Origin: Octopus vulgaris
Lineage: Eukaryota
Assembly: GCA_951406725.2 (NCBI GenBank)
Contig: OX597820.1
Span: 96,844,001-96,908,000 of the forward strand
Direction of reading: 5' to 3'
DNA: 64,000 bases
This document shows, piece after piece, positions 11,754 to 25,107 of this stretch. Positions within the stretch are counted from its first letter, which is position 1. Each line of letters begins with the position of its first letter. The notes beneath the pieces were generated by a model that saw only the letters and a list, made by a program, of their open reading frames with translations, ran no database searches and was not told where the DNA came from. A program made the translations under genes and the position numbers.

Positions 11754-11869
11754 CACACACACACACACAGAGTTTTACATTATCAAGTAGTGTATTACAG
11801 ATTATGACATTATGTTTGTATGTGTGTATGTATGTATGTATGTATGTATGTATGTATGTATGTATGTAT

Positions 11870-12735
11870 GTAGAACCAGCTATCTTGGTTGAAGGAACAA
11901 TTCTGAAGGTAGTAGACAAGTTTGTCTACCTGGGCAGCACACTCAGCCGTTCTTGCTCCCTGGATGAGGAAATATCTTTCAGGTGGCAGAGAGCAACTAA
12001 TTCCTTCCGGTCTCTTCAGTCTCGTGTCTGGTCCCAACATGGCATCGCAAGAACAAAAGTTGCTGTGTACCATGCTTGTGTACTGACATCGCTTCTCTAC
12101 TCATGTGAGACATGGATTCTGTACAAACGTCAGGTAAGGATCCTTGAACGTTTTCATCAGAGATGTCTCAGACACATTCTCAATGTTGGCTGGACCTCAA
12201 AAATTCCAGACACACAGATCCTGAGGACAGCTGATATCTTGAGTATTGAGGCGATGGTACACAAGCACCGGTTGCATTGGACTGGACACCTTATTAGAAT
12301 GGAGGATAGAAGGATTCCTTAGCAGATGCTCTATGGAGAACTTGTGAATGGAAGGAGACTCCGGTAGAAACCAAGGCTGCGATTTAAGGACTGTCAAGTC
12401 CTCGTTAAAGGCCTTTGATATGCAGGACACTGACTGGGAGAACAATGCCTGCCATCGCCACAGATGGAGGAAGCAGGTTAAGGAGGGGATCGACACTTTT
12501 GAGAGAGCATGTATCCAGCATGAAGAACTTAAGCGAGCTGCGTGAAAGCGCATGGCTCGTATAGTAAATGGGGAAAGCTTGGTCTGCAATGTTTGCAGTT
12601 GTGTATGCTTGTCAAGAGCAGGGCTCATTAGCCACCAACGGAGCCTCAAATGCAAAATATAAGTTAGTCCTAGAGCGCACAATGTTCCTGAAGGTTGGCA
12701 ATGGTCTTCCTCGGTCACGAGTGAGCGGCCATCAT
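11870..12735 (+). pseudogene. 5'-truncated RTE-clade LINE (RT C-terminus, C2H2 finger)
   Basis: VVDKFVYLGSTLS...LLYSCETW...RFHQRCLRHIL...RLHWTGHLIRMEDRRIP, then CNVC...GLISHQR. Contains stops and frameshifts and is flanked by (TATG)n on both sides. Confidence 0.9.
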
Positions 12736-12744
12736 GTATGTATG

Positions 12745-12775
<31 letters not shown>

Positions 12776-12904
12776 GCAATCAGAAAGTTAGCATTGGTTT
12801 TATGATCTGAAATTATACTTAACAATACATATGACTCAAATTCTGTTTTTGATTGTGCTTTTTATTTTTATCAATGGACAACTGAGTGATAATATGTTGT
12901 TTGT

Positions 12905-13199
12905 TCCTTCTCGAGCTATGCCTGGCTCATAAGAGCCAGTTTCTTGGTTTCTTTGGCGTATAAGTTCTCCACCTGGACGGGACGCTGGTCCATGGCAGGT
13001 GAGCTGCAAGATGCAGGGGGAAGAGTGAGAGAAAGTTGTGGCGAAAGAGTCAGCAGAAGTCCGCTATTACCTTCTGCCGGAGCCGCGTGGAGCTTAAGTG
13101 TTTCACTCATAAACACACACATCGCACGGTCTGAGATTTAAACCCGCGATCCCTCGAGCGCAAGTCCGCTGCTCTAACCACTAGGCCATGTGCCTCCAC
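12905..13199 (-). mobile_element. tRNA-derived SINE (family D head plus V-like tail)
   Basis: Minus head gtggaggcacatggcctagtggttagagcagcggac and tail ccatggaccagcgtcccgtccagg. Confidence 0.8.
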
Positions 13200-14327
13200 T
13201 AATGATAATATGAGTGTATATATATCTACAGATTTCATATATTAAGAAAAAAGATGTAGTCAAAATTTTTGATAATTTCTAATCAAAAGACTCAAGAGAC
13301 TCTTAATATATTTGCTAATTGATAAGGTTAATTTTTTACAGTTAGTAAATATTATGTCTAGCATATTCGTTTAATTTAACTCTTTAATAAAATATATCAC
13401 TATTTACTAACTAACTATGAATCTATATTAATAGAAATTGATATATATATATATTTATATAAATATGAAATGATTTCTATATTTTCTATCCCTATATAAG
13501 ATACAAAAATTTATTGGAATCCTTTGGAAAAACTATCTAAAGGATATTTATTTAAAATTCACTAGCGAAATTATGGCTGTTAAATGGCAAGGAACATTAG
13601 AAATCTCTAGAGCATTAGTAGTCTCTATTCTCCCTACCCCACTAGCTTCAGCCTACTAACTTTTGCTAAAATACATTCAAATATAACGTGGGTGTACTAG
13701 CCATCTGAATGTGGCTAGCCACTGGGGGTGGGGTGTTACTGATGCTTTTAGCCCCAGGCGATCAACGTCACCAGATGGACTTTAGACACAATTTCAGTGC
13801 CCTTGTGTTATTTGCAAAGGGAGGTCATCCTCCCTCGAAAACCTAAGTGCTACATACGGACTATAGTTTCAAGGTAATTGCCTCTCGTCAACGCATGGTA
13901 AACACTGGTTTTCGATGAAGGAGACCCCTTGCAAATAATATTTAACGTTTTTCACAGCAACCACTGTCACTGATTTAGAAAAACTGTCTGAAAGCAATAA
14001 TAAATCTCTGATGCCTAAGTTAAATTCTCAAAATGAGGATGGATTTATGGCTTTGACATTTGTACTACCCCTTCCTCTATCTATAAATAGAAAAATTTTT
14101 TGTTTGTCTCCATTGAATCAAATGAAGACACCCCCTCCCCATTGGTAGATCTAAATAACAAAGTGAACTCAATGATAAAAAATCTACAGATGGAGAAGGA
14201 CATTCTACTACCATGTTCTTAATGATGAAATGAACCTCTCTGTCTATATATCTACCCTCTTTGTAATGTTGGCAAATGAAATAAGTATAAAAATGTACAT
14301 TGTCCATTTAATTAAAAAATTCTATAT

Positions 14328-14413
14328 GTGGCTGAAGATTACTCGGCATTTTAAAACTTATGTAATACTTACAGTGTTTAATAAAATGAAGTAGCATGAA
14401 ACGATTGTACTGC
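14328..14413 (+). ncRNA. Decayed minimal hammerhead motif
   Basis: GTGG-CTGAAGA-TTACT...AGCAT-GAAA-CGATTG-TA-CTGC. Same family as the window start (positions 1-40: ...gtagtgcGAAA-CAATTG-TA-cc). Confidence 0.65.
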
Positions 14414-14427
14414 ACTACCTTGGATAT

Positions 14428-14460
<33 letters not shown>

Positions 14461-14578
14461 CTGGTGTTCACTGAATTTTCTCTGGAGAACATTCTTTGTA
14501 GTTAGATTGTATGTGATCTTCTTCTAGCATATGGCTATCAACCTAGTGGATTTTTTTAGCCCTAGATATACACACAAA

Positions 14579-14617
<39 letters not shown>

Positions 14618-15976
14618 ATATATATATATATACATATACATCCTCGAAACTTTACAGTTCAGCAAAAAGAGACTGACTGAATAAGTACTAGGCTCACAAA
14701 GAATAAGTCCTGGGGTCAATTTCTTCTACTAAAAAAACCCTCTGAAGTGGTGCTCCAGCAAGGCTGCAGTCAAATGACTGGAACAAGTAAAAAAAATAAC
14801 ACGAGGAAAGCTAACATGCTACAGGTAGATGTAGAGAAAACTGCGACCAACAGAGGCCAGTGGCGTGAGGAGTGGCTGTGTGGTAAGTAGCTTGATTACC
14901 AACCACATGGTTCCAGTTTCAGTCCCACTGCGTGGCACCTTGGGCCAACCAAAGCCTTGTGAGTGGATTTGGTAGACGGAAACTGAAAGAAGCCCATCGT
15001 ATATATGTATATATATATACCCGTGTGCGTGTTTGAGTGTCTGTGGGACTGAACCCAGAACCATGTGGTTGGTTGGTGCTGAAAAGTTCCTGGTTTCAAG
15101 GGTACACACACACACACACACACACACACATTCCTGATGATTCTCTGAAACGAGATGAAAACATTACAGAGGTTAATAGCTTTAGAATATATTACTTTCT
15201 ACATAGTTATTAAGCCCTAAAACAATTTTGAACTAAGAAGTCCTCTGACAAAAGGCAGTAACTAAAACGTGGAGTATATCACCTCAGGTAGGATAAAAAG
15301 TTTAACTGTTGAGGGCTAGTCCATGAAGAACAACTTTCTCAAAGCCTCACTCATGTTTGCATGTAATCATGAAATTAAGCAGTGTTTCTATGTTTTGATA
15401 TTTTTGCAAAAAATTTTTTGCTTTTAGGGGCTGGATGAAGTTTATTGAGACAGATTTTCTATCGTCAGATGTCTTTCAGGGGACAACATCCACCTGTTTG
15501 CAAGCAAGGTAATATTTCCTCATAGCCAGGCATGTTTTTGCAGAATATTAGAAATGAATAACACTGCCGAGCAGGGACACTCATTTACAGCTATCATGCA
15601 AAGACAAGACAAGAAGACACGAACATGCACACAGTCACACTTACATAAATATAAAACACTTACATATATACATACAACTACATGCATGAGAATACATACA
15701 TAAAACAAAACATACAACTCTGCACATATACATACATATATACAAAGAAAAACACCCTACTGTTGATGTTGAAATTCCAATGAAAGAATTTTGGATCTTG
15801 GTTAGAAACCAGCTCTTCCACTTTTGGCAAGAAATCTTGAAATAAAACTGAATAATGACATACATACATACATACATACATACATACATACACGACTATG
15901 AGGATTTGCATCCCCAACGTAATTCGTCTTTTTCCCAAACTAATGTAATACATATCCTTGGAGTGGTAATTGTACA

Positions 15977-16062
15977 CGGCTGAAGAAGGCTATTGACATA
16001 CAAATTACATCAATTATGCATTGATATAAACCATCTAATAAAAGCCAGAAACATATGTACCG
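15977..16062 (+). ncRNA. Minimal type-I hammerhead ribozyme motif
   Basis: CGG-CTGAAGA-A-GGCT...AGCC-A-GAAA-CATATG-TA-CCG, with a palindromic stem III and a GUA cleavage site. Confidence 0.75.
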
Positions 16063-16798
16063 CTAAATCCTTTGCATCATGTTTTTATTTTGATAAATAT
16101 ACATACATACATACATACATACATATGTGAGTGTGTGTGTGTGTGTGTGTGTCTGTGTCTGTGTCTGTATTTTTGCAATGTATTTGCATTAAGTATGATA
16201 CACAGATGACTATTTTACTCTAATACTACTAATCTGTTAACATACCTGCATGTTCAAGTGATTCAGTTCTGTGTATATACTTATATTTACTCATTTACTG
16301 ACATTTGTTAATAGTTTCTCCCATTGCTTTGATGTGACACATTCTACTGTTAATAAAACTGTCAGTATTTTTCTCGACATAGATATACTAGTATTGATTT
16401 ACACATGATGTTCGGGTGATCTGATGAGCTAGCTTTCTTTATTTGCATTGATTTGTGAATATATAATTGTATAATGCACAGCATGCATATTAATGCAAAC
16501 ATGTAAACACACAGTAATTATTGCTACATAAAGAAGCTGTGACACGACCATAACACTATGGATGTCAAGTGGTTAAATGATGATGATAATGATGATTCAC
16601 TTCTTGTACTTCTTGACATTTTATGGCTTATATACTCCTCATGAAACTATTTTACTGACTGGATCTTCTGCACTTCAGCTACATGGATACTCTGCATTAC
16701 TCTTTTGTATTGGATTACTATGTTATCTATTAGTCAAGTTCATTAGAGGAACTTTCTGTGGTAGCCACATGATTCCCTGAATCAATATCTTATTCTAC

Positions 16799-17290
16799 AA
16801 AAGGCAGTGAGTTAACAGAAATGTTAGCACGCCAGGTGAAATGCTTAGAGGTATTTTGTCTGTCTTATAAGGCGGCGAGCTGGCAGAATCGTTAGCATGC
16901 TGGGCGAAATGCGTAGCTGTATTTCGTCTGCCATTACATTCTCAGTTCAAATTCCGCCAAGGTCGACTTTGCCTTTCATCTTTTCAGGGTCGATAAATTA
17001 AGTACCAGTTATGCATTGGGGGTCGATGTAATCGACTTAATCCATTTGTCTGTCCTTGTTTGTCCTCTCTGTGTTTAGCCCCTTGTGGGTAGTAAAGAAA
17101 TAGGTATTTTGTCTGTCTTTACGTTCTGAGTTCAAATTCCACTGAGATCAACTTTGCCCTTCATCCTTCCGGGGTCAATAAATTAAGTACCAGTTGTATA
17201 CCAGGGTTGATCTAAGCAACTGGTCCCCTCCCCCCAAATTTCAGGCCTTGTGCCTAGAATAGAAAAGGGTATTAATAACTGCCCCCCACA
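16799..17290 (+). mobile_element. Nested SINEs of family A (tRNA head, Meta/MESC-like core)
   Basis: An inner copy at about 16869-17101 is flanked by the 18-bp duplication aggtattttgtctgtctt (16849-16866 and 17102-17119). Core is gcctttcatc.tt..ggggtcgataaa. Confidence 0.9.
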
Positions 17291-17702
17291 CACACACACA
17301 CTTATGGCCTTGTGCCAAAATTTTAAATCAATATTAATAACTCCTTACCTTTCATCTTTCTAGTTTTGATAAAATTTAGTATCAGTCAAGTACTCTGTTT
17401 ATTTATATATATCTATATTTTGACCTAGAGGTGAATGGAATTACAACAGAAGACAAAAAAAACAGCTCACCATAATATCTCTAGTATCTCATTTCGTCTT
17501 CTTTTACTATTCTTTTTACATTTACAATGGTTTACAAGAATATTTACCCAATCTCAGCAGGATTGGAACATAGGATGCAAAAAAACAAAACTAAATAACA
17601 CAGATATTTTCTCAGATGCTCTATCAATTGTACTGTTTTCCAGGAGAACCATCATTATCAACATCACCATCATCATTACCATCATCATCAGCAGCAGCAG
17701 CA

Positions 17703-18080
17703 GGAGGCGCAATGGCACAGTGGTTAGGGCAGCGGACTCGTGGTCAGAGGATCGCGGTTTCGATTCCCAGACCGGGCGTTGTGTGTGTTTATTGAGCGTA
17801 AACACCTAAAGCTCCACAAGGCTCTGGCAGGGGGTGGTAGTGACCCCTGTTGTACTCTTTCGCTCCAACTTTCTCTCAATCTTTCTTCCTGTTTCTTATC
17901 CCCAACTTCCTACACAACCGCTGAGCCTAGATGCACACTCATCCATCCGTCAATGCTCTCGGTGTCAGGGGTTGACCTGCTTTCTCTTCTGCGGGTCTTA
18001 CAAATAGCAAAAGACCACGTTTCGGACTTCTCCCACTCTGGGACAAAGACCACTTCGCTCAACAAACAAACAAACAAAAA
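17703..18080 (+). mobile_element. tRNA-derived SINE, family D
   Basis: ggaggcgcaatggcacagtggttagggcagcggactc...ggtttcgattccc. An inverted sister copy lies at 39558-39888. Confidence 0.85.
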
Positions 18081-18499
18081 ACAAGCAGCAGCAGCAGTAG
18101 CATCATTATGATGTCCACTTTTCCATGCTTGCATGGGTCAGACAGAATTTGGTGAAGTATATATTCTATGGCTGGATATCCTTCTTGTTGCCTATCCTCA
18201 CTCATGTCAAAGTATGAGTAATATTTCTCTCAACATAGTTTTTCACAGAAGATTAGAAATGAATGACATTACATTGCAGTGACACTCATCGATAGTGACA
18301 CAACTCTGTCAAAACAAGAAGACTTCAAACACACACATATATGTTATGTTCGTGCATGTGCTTTAAAGACCTTATGTATATCTCATGGCTACAGCATATC
18401 TGTGATTCTTGTAAGTTCTTATAGCCAGTATTGACTATAAACTAATATAGATAAGTGTTTTGAAATGATATAGTCATTTAATTTCTTTGCTTCTCAACT

Positions 18500-18952
18500 C
18501 TGTTTGCGAAGACCTGTTGAGGCAAGTGAAATCAAAAATCAAAAATCAAAAATCAAAATCAAATTCGATGACTGGCGTCCGTGCTAGCAGGATGCAAAGA
18601 GCACCATACGAGTGTGATCATTGACAGAGCGGCTAACTGGCCTCCACGCCGGTGGCACGTAAAAGACACCATTCGAGCGTGATCGTTACCAGCATCGCCT
18701 TACTGGCACCTGTGCCGGTGGCATGTGTAAGAGATTTGAGTGAGGTCGTTGCCAGTACTGCCTGACTGGCACGTAAAAACACCCACTACACTCTCGGAGT
18801 GGTTGGCGTTAGGAAGGGCATCCAGCTGTAGAAACTCTGCCTGATCAAGATTGAAGCCTGGTGCAGCCATCATAATTCACCAGCCCACAGTCAAACCGTC
18901 CAACCCATGCTAGCATGGAAAGTGGACGTTAAACGATGATGATGACGATGAT
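18500..18952 (+). mobile_element. RTE-tail-derived repeat, family C
   Basis: Ends ccatgctagcatggaaagtggacgttaaacgatgatgatg. Confidence 0.85.
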
Positions 18953-19942
18953 GCCTGTTAAAGCCACTTCATCTAATTTCTCTATAAATTCAAATGTTAT
19001 TTTAACAATATCACTTATCCCACAATATTTGTTAGATTTGTCATAATCAAGATGATATTTCACCTGTTTGATACCCATTTTAAATGTTATCTGAAGATGG
19101 TGGACTATATGTTATAATATAATCTATGGATACATCAATAAAATTCTACCAAAACAACTACCATAAATTTAAAACATAATTTGTATTCTTTTTTTATACC
19201 TATGCCATACCTAAAACAAGTGCTGAGTTGGAGCAATGGTCTAAATTGGATTTTGTGCTTACATATGTACAGTATCCTACCAGCACCTATGTTCTTCTGA
19301 TTTCAGAGAAGACTCATTCCTTAAATGATTAATTCTGCTAAAAAGAAAAGTGGATAAAGGAAACAACACCAAAATTTTAATTATATAAAATGAATAAAAT
19401 ATGGAATGCAGTGGGGGAGTGAATCTGTTCTTTAGTAGTGTGGAGACACATTTGAACATTTCTACGTTATTAGGACATATCAGTGAAGCATAAACTAATG
19501 CAGCATTATCTGACATTTGTACTTTTGAGGTACCCTTAAAATACATTCTATGGCTTAAGGAAGCCCTTCATAAAAATTATTACATACTTTCATTAATCTA
19601 TTTCTTTTTACCTTCATAAGAACTGACACTAAACAACAACATCTTAAATGTACATAGTATAGAAAGGAGTACAAGCTTGGAATAATGTCTTCATTATGCT
19701 TTACCAGATGGAGATGCCATCCATAATAATATCTTTAGGACTTTCTTATTAAATGCACCACTGAAAAGTGGTTGACATTAGGAAGGGCATTCAGCCAAAG
19801 AAACCATAGCAAAGCACACACTGAAGCACAATGCAGCCCTTGCATTCATCAGGTCTTATCAAAGCAGCCAACCCATGCCATCATGGGACATGGACATTAA
19901 AGATAGCATATATATATATATATATATTACATGTGTGTATAT

Positions 19943-20084
<142 letters not shown>

Positions 20085-20105
20085 AGCAACAAGAATGGAT
20101 CAATA

Positions 20106-20194
20106 TTTTGGTACAATTGTTTCATACGAAGACAGCTTTATTAAGGCTGCAAATATTGCAGTAAATATAAGTGACCCGTACTCATCAGCCGAAA
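20106..20194 (-). ncRNA. Minimal hammerhead ribozyme motif (inverted copy)
   Basis: Minus strand reads TTTCGG-CTGATGA-GTACG...CGTAT-GAAA-CAATTG-TA-CCAAAA. Confidence 0.8.
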
Positions 20195-20758
20195 AAATAT
20201 CTGAGTTCTCCAAACATCTAAGGGGGTGATGTTACACTCCTGAAACATTAGGGATAGTTCTATAAAAATAAGATTTAGGTAACAAATGGACTTCTGAAGG
20301 TTGCACAGTCATATAACGGGTTTTAAAAAAGTATTTTAAAAAACCTCATTCTCAGAAAGGTAACCAATATATCATCACACATCAGGAAACAAACTTTATT
20401 ATGGACTAATTATGGATAAATGCATATTCTGTGAGTATGATACCTCTCCTCATATCTCCAGAATTCAAACTTTCTTCAATATGGATGGATTTACATTTTC
20501 AATTTCATTTTCATTTTCTGGAAAACTAAGAGGTTTTTTAAAATACTTTTTTAAAATACTTTTTTAAAATACTTTTTTAAAATACTTTTTTAAAATACCT
20601 TTTTAAAATACTTTTTTAAAACCCGTTATATGACTGTGCAACACTAAAAGAACTTTCAGAAGTCCATTTGTTACCTAAATCTTATTTTTATAGAACTATC
20701 CCTAATGTTTCAGGAGTGTAACATCACCCCCTTAGATGTTTAGAGAACTCAGATGTTT

Positions 20759-20847
20759 TTTCAGCTGATGAGTACGGGTCACTTATATTTACTGCAATAT
20801 TTGCAGCCTTAATAAAGCTGTCTTCGTACGAAACAATTGTACCGAAA
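20759..20847 (+). ncRNA. Minimal type-I hammerhead ribozyme motif
   Basis: TTTCAG-CTGATGA-GTACG...CGTAC-GAAA-CAATTG-TA-CCGAAA: intact core, 5-bp stem II and palindromic ACAATTGT. Confidence 0.88.
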
Positions 20848-20991
20848 TATTGATCCATTCTTGTTGCTTTTTTCTTATTTATAATCACCCCGCATTATCT
20901 TATGGTTAACACCATATAGATTTCTGGTGCATCTAAGTTAAGTACCGCATTCATGTGAATTCAACAGAACTCACTTGAATCTTAATTGCTT

Positions 20992-21082
<91 letters not shown>

Positions 21083-21091
21083 AACACACAC

Positions 21092-21530
21092 ACAGAACCA
21101 TGCTAATAGTTTAGGAGTGAAATTCAGGATTTCTCGGTTTTCTGTTAATTGATTTTGATAAAACTTTTCCCAATTGGTTTGTACACTATGGCAACACCAC
21201 TATTATGCTTTCATTATTCTGTGTAATGTCCTTTCTTTTTTATTTCAGATTCTTCAGTTTTTCGGCTGTTCTCTAAGAACAATGGGACATGGAAAAGGCC
21301 TTAATGATGAAGAAAAGTCTGTCATCAAGGAAAGTGATAAAGGCACTTCTCTTCATGTAATTGCGGAGAAGTTAGGTAATCATGCAGATATGATCAGACG
21401 ATTACTGAAGGACCCAAGGAAGAAACAATCTGATTGTGGGACCTCCAAGACTGTAACAGCTAGGGATTTAAGGAATATTGGCCACAAATTATGTGAGAAA
21501 CCTAGATAAACAAGCAAAGCCCTTTTCACC
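21092..21530 (+). pseudogene. Tc1/mariner-like transposase N-terminal (HTH) fragment
   Basis: MGHGKGLNDEEKSVI..SDKGTSLHVIAEKLG...IRRLLKDP...RDLRNI, then a stop. No catalytic domain is present. Confidence 0.6.
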
Positions 21531-21534
21531 ACCT

Positions 21535-22110
21535 CCCTTCGAAAATTGCTCTTAAATGTGGTTTTGGTCGTTTCAACTACTTCTAGCATGTAAAAATTAC
21601 CTGTTAAAGGTAGTTTTCTCTTGTGTTTAAATGTACACTATTTTATATTGAGAATATGTTGTCTATTGACTTTTTATACATGCTAGGCCACTGGTAGTGA
21701 AATTTCTAAAAATATTCACCACCCTATATATTTACGAATATGATTTTAGCGTTTCGAAGATCAGTTCTGCATTTTTCATTCACTGCCTATTGAAACTGCG
21801 CTTCTGTGGTGAATTTTGAAAAATTATAACATATAATGATGAGGCACGTGTTATTTGTCCCTAATTGATATGTTAATGTTATGGCACGGTTACTGATGAG
21901 GATTCGCCTAGCAAATTATTTTATTTGCTAAAGAAATCTGAAGCCTAGGTATAATCATAAAAAAATAACAAGGTAAAAGTTTTATTTTTCATTCCCTTCA
22001 AAAATTGCTCTTAAATGTGGTTTTAGTCGTTTTGACTGCTTGTTTTCTAGCATGTAAAAATTACCTGTTAAAGGTAGTTTTCTCTTGTGGTTAAATGTGC
22101 ACTATTTTAT

Positions 22111-22115
<5 letters not shown>
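21535..22115 (+). mobile_element. Direct-repeat-bounded non-coding element with internal hammerhead
   Basis: Direct repeats of about 120 bp at 21535-21651 and 21994-22115 (period 459). The element ends in (TA)n. Confidence 0.8.
21888..21956 (+). ncRNA. Hammerhead motif with one core substitution (GAAG)
   Basis: GGTTA-CTGATGA-GGATT-[TAGCAAAT/ATTTGCTA hairpin]-AATCT-GAAG-CCTAGG-TA-TAATC. Confidence 0.75.
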
Positions 22116-22180
<65 letters not shown>

Positions 22181-22238
22181 TAGATGGATGGATGGATGGA
22201 TGGATGGATGGATGGATGGATGGATGGATAGATGGATG

Positions 22239-22321
<83 letters not shown>

Positions 22322-23260
22322 TTATGTAGTGGATCTTGCATGCATGAAGTGGATTTGATCCACCATAGCGAAATTTAAATTAACACTGCAACAGAATTTT
22401 TCTCTCAGTGGAACAATGGTTTTTCTCTGACAGCAGTTTTACATTTTCCAGATGCCTTTAGCTAGGCCGAAATAATGTCTTCACCACTTGCCCCTTTCTA
22501 ACCTCTTCTACTTCATCAAGAGATAGAGTAGAAATAACAAGACCATCAACTAAATCTATTGTTCTCAATGATATGTCTACCCTTCTGGATAGTTATAAAA
22601 GCAAGAACCCCCCAAGCAAAAACCAAGTAGTCACTTGGCAACAACTGAGAGACGCGGCTTGTGACAATTCAATTAATTAGGGAACAGACTGCTAGAATCA
22701 TGATCACAAGGAATGAAGTTACTAAAGACAATGGTCAGCGAGAAAAATGAAATTTACTATCAGCAGCTGTGAGACAACACCCTACAACTCTCACTAGCTC
22801 AAATTCTGTTCTCTTACAACATCATTCTATCTCTCTCCACAATTACTACTAAACAATGAAAAGAACACAAACACAAACTTTACTTTGCATGCTTTTGGAT
22901 TTATCATAACCTGCCTGTCGAGGCAAGGCATTGTAACATAACAGTAAATAAATATTTCCTTACAACTTCATGCATTGTCCATCTTTCACATCTTACAACT
23001 TGCTGTCATAATAACAAATTTTTATCGTTACAACTGCTGACTCCAACATTTCATATTATTGCTTACAAATCAATTTCTCCCGCTAGATATATATATATAT
23101 AATATATAATATATTATATATTATTTATCATTTAATTGAACACAATGCATCCATTTCCATGTAAGTTCATCTTTACCTTTTTGATGCGACTCTCTACTCT
23201 CTCCTGTTTTCTTCCTCCATCCTTCTCTAATTCCCTTTTTCTCCATCTCCCTCCTTCACC

Positions 23261-23389
23261 TTTGAAAGAATGAGTAGAGATGGCTTTTTTTGAGGGGATA
23301 ATTTTTATTTTAATCTTAATAATAATGTTTATTAAGATTAAAATAGAGATTATCCCTTCAAAACAGCCATCTCTATTCATTCTTTCAAA
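23261..23389. repeat. Near-perfect palindrome (about 62-bp arms, about 5-nt loop)
   Basis: tttgaaagaatgagtagagatggc...aatcttaataa pairs with ttattaagatt...gccatctctattcattctttcaaa. Confidence 0.9.
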
Positions 23390-23482
23390 TACATATAATA
23401 CTGTACCAAGAATTTTCTTATTATTCAACTATGTATATATATATATATATATATATATAGATAGATAGATATATAGATAGAT

Positions 23483-23575
<93 letters not shown>

Positions 23576-23945
23576 ACTTTGTTTTTGTCATGTGCATATC
23601 AGCATATCATAGCAATAACATGTTTGAACAATTTTTTTTTTTAGCCTTTTAAAAGTACCACAGATAAATAAGATAGTGGACCATTTGCCAGTATAGATCT
23701 CACAGATATGACTGCACATCCATCTTGGTTAAGTTTTGCTTTTGGAGGTTAATAAAATAAATACCAGTTTGATAGAAAAACCATTCAACTGTACACTCAG
23801 TAATTAATTGAATAACAGCCTATTTTAAATTTGTAAGTTTGTCAGAGGAAGAAGAGCAGTGCTCATATCTTTTACTAGTCCAGTAAGGCTGATAGTGTTG
23901 GGGAAAAGGAGATGAAACTGTGAAGTTATAGTTTCAGAAATAGTA

Positions 23946-24359
23946 TACTCTTTTACTCTTTTACTTGTTTCAGTCATATGACTGCGACCATGCTGGAGCA
24001 CTGCCTTTTAGTCGAGCAAATCGACCCCGGGACTTATTCTTTGTAAGCCCAGTACTTATTCTATCGGTCTCTTTTGCCGAACCGCTAAGTGACGGCGACG
24101 TAAACACACCAGCATCAGTTGTCAAGCAATGCTAGAGGGACAAACACAGACACACAAACACATACACGCACACACATATATATATATATACATATATACG
24201 ACAGGCTTCTTTCAGTTTCCGTCTACCAAATCCACTCACAAGGCATTGGTCGGCCCGGGGCTATAGCAGAAGACACTTGCCCAGGATGCCACGCAGTGTG
24301 ACTGGACCGGGAACCATGTGGTTGGTTAGCAAGCTACTTACCACACAGCCACTCCTGCG
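23946..24359 (-). mobile_element. SINE family B, full length
   Basis: Reverse complement of the 3048-3470 family, with an (AAAAGAGT) tail. Confidence 0.88.
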
Positions 24360-24870
24360 TATGTCAACAAACTGACTTATTCTTTAACCAGTGCTTTGTC
24401 CATGCACTTATTCTTTAATCAGTGCTTTGTCCATGCACTTATAAAAGTATGAACTTTGTTTAAGGCATTTGAGAACTAGCTGGTAGTATTAAATAGGATG
24501 AATGCTTACAATGAACATTTATAGTTGTGGTTTGCTGTTCTTCATTGTATAATATAACAAACTGCATTGCTGCATGGCTTAAGAAGTTTGCTTCCCAGCC
24601 ACGTGGCTTTAGGTTCAGTCCAGCTGCATTGTATCTTTATACAATAATCCTAAGACAGCACCCAAAGCTTAGTCATGGGATTGGCAGACTGAAATTAAAA
24701 GAAGTTCATTGTGTGTATGTGCGTGCATGTATGTGTGTATGTGTGTGCATGTATATATGTAATATGTGAGCAGGTGTGTGTACATGTTTGTTTGTGTTAC
24801 CTTGTCTTGACATCATGTGGCTGTAAACGAGTATCACTGACGTACAAGAAGTTTCATTTGTTTCCAATAT

Positions 24871-25076
24871 TACTCTTTTAGACTTTTACCTGTTTCAGTC
24901 ATTTGCCCGTGGCCATGCTGGAGCACTGCTTATAGTCGAGCAAATCGACCCCAGGACTTATTCGTTGTAAGCCTAGTACTTATTCTATCTTTTGCCGAAC
25001 CGCTGAGGTACGGGGACATAAATACACCAGCATCGGTTGTCAAGCAATGTTGGGGGGGACAAACACAGACACATAA

Positions 25077-25107
<31 letters not shown>

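Noticed and set aside
17703-17775. tRNA gene calls for SINE heads
   Set aside because: A and B boxes are present, but they continue into multi-copy SINE bodies and lack a clean acceptor stem.
20530-20620. CRISPR-like or regulatory repeat array
   Set aside because: It is a head-to-tail 13-mer without spacers, a slippage expansion within a fold-back arm.
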